Positions 62,725 through 64,000 of a stretch of 64,000 bases of DNA are shown here, piece by piece (the stretch's first letter is position 1; every line of letters begins with the position of its first letter). The DNA is from Macrostomum lignano (taxonomy: Eukaryota). Location: NCBI GenBank assembly GCA_002269645.1, contig NIVC01000168.1:124001-188000 (forward strand). The letters are read 5' to 3'. A program made the position numbers and the translations under genes. Below the pieces are notes generated by a model that ran no database searches, had not been told where the DNA came from, and saw nothing but the letters and a program-made list of their open reading frames with translations.

Positions 62725-63191
62725 GTCTCTACATGGACAAGAAGTGCTTGGAGCTGATCGACGCCATCAAGGAGGAGCGGCCGCACACCTACTTCGTGAT
62801 GCACGGCACTATCGAGCGCGGCACCGAGCACAAAACCAAGGAGCTCATCCGCGGCATCATCGACCACGACAGTCCGCTGGAGATTCTGCGTTTTTACGTT
62901 GAACAAACTGGCAGCCGCCTTGTTGACGTGTTCAACATCTTCGACACAGAGAAGAACAACGCGATCACAAAGAGTGACTTGGTTCGAGGCCTAGAGAAGA
63001 TCAACGTGATATTCACACAGGAGCAGGTGGACATCTTATTCGACGAACTGGACGCTGACAAATCTGGCGACATCGACTTTGGCGAGCTGATGGCCGGAGA
63101 TCGCGAGGCGCGAAAGAATCTTCGGCGTAAAGGAAAATTCCACGCGACTGCTGTCAATCAAACTGCTGTGCCAGATTTTGTTGATATCTGA
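62725..63191 (+). CDS. LRRC74: LRRC74-like terminal exon with an EF-hand pair
   Basis: ctgcag|GT, phase 1; RLVDVFNIFDTEKNNAITKSDL and LFDELDADKSGDIDFGEL are EF-hand loops; TGA stop. Confidence 0.82.
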
Positions 63192-64000
63192 TTTGATGAT
63201 TCAAAGTGCTGAAGACAATTAAGGAACTTTAAATTAATGATATCGAAAAGTTAATTTAATTATGTAAAGATACAGAAAATTGTGTTAAAATACTTCATGC
63301 AGTATATGACAACGCTTGGGGAGAGAGATGGTGATCATGAACTGCACTGCTAGTAGCAAAGGCATTTTTCGTCCCTTTTCTTCTCCTAATCTCGCCATTT
63401 ATATATTTCTTTGATCCTTGATCGGCCCCTACAGTGCATCTTTCCCATTCTTTCCTCCCTCTCCCTAGCTATCTTCTCCATTCTTATTCCTTCTGCCTTA
63501 TCTTCCCATATTTTTCCTCCCCTCTCCCCGACATAAATTGTACATGTAAATGTATCTTCCCCAAATTATTTCTTTAATTTTTCATCACAGACACAAAATT
63601 GATCAGTAACTAATAACAACTACCAAAATGCTTTTCGACGACAAAGTTTATCATCAACACAGGTCGGCCTCCAACTTCTGTTGTTTTCCGGTCTCTAGTA
63701 GTTAGTAGTCCCTGGCTGCACGCCATGTACCAGGTATCTTTTATCTACGCTAAAATTGGGGCTGCGGGACCATATAGTGACAGGATGAGTGGGGGCTTAG
63801 GCCATGCAGGGAGTGCTGCATACAGGTAGGTGATTAATCTTCATATTAATGTATGTGCGACCAGCCTCTGATCAAGGGGATTAAGAAAGCCGAACCAATC
63901 AATGTCGTATACACGGTATTGAGAAAGTCGAGATTTCTGGGTGAGAATTTCATAATATTGCATATTTGCAAGGTCCGTCGAAATGCGTGTGCAAAGCTGC

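Overview
This is eukaryotic (metazoan) genomic DNA, not prokaryotic. It has GC-rich spliceosomal exons in introns largely filled by micro- and minisatellites, a style suggesting the flatworm Macrostomum lignano (inference, not verified). I reconstructed three + strand multi-exon genes by hand, with consistent GT/GC-AG boundaries and intron phases. (1) The 3' ten exons of a type IV diacylglycerol kinase (DGKZ/DGKI/rdgA-like; accessory domain, ankyrin repeats, C-terminal ETEV), 3122-21744. (2) A complete 11-exon plexin of about 2,190 aa, 36947-58362, with a one-base frameshift in its GAP domain. (3) An LRRC74-like LRR plus EF-hand gene, 60822-63191, with a one-base frameshift and a probable GC-AG intron. 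The long ORFs in the supplied track between 11.5 and 51 kb are mostly artefacts of stop-free repeats. Mobile DNA includes a hAT-type MITE with 8-bp TSD, two tRNA-derived SINE families, a 97-bp truncated retro-insertion with 9-bp TSD, and a 902-bp non-coding insertion with 13-bp TSD. The most intriguing candidate is that 902-bp element: its inferred 5' end and an internal antisense segment resemble the M. lignano spliced-leader exon as I recall it (unverified). Other notable rearrangements are a SINE split by an 818-bp inversion, a 30-bp templated insertion copied from 7.6 kb away, and a triplicated 708-bp block.
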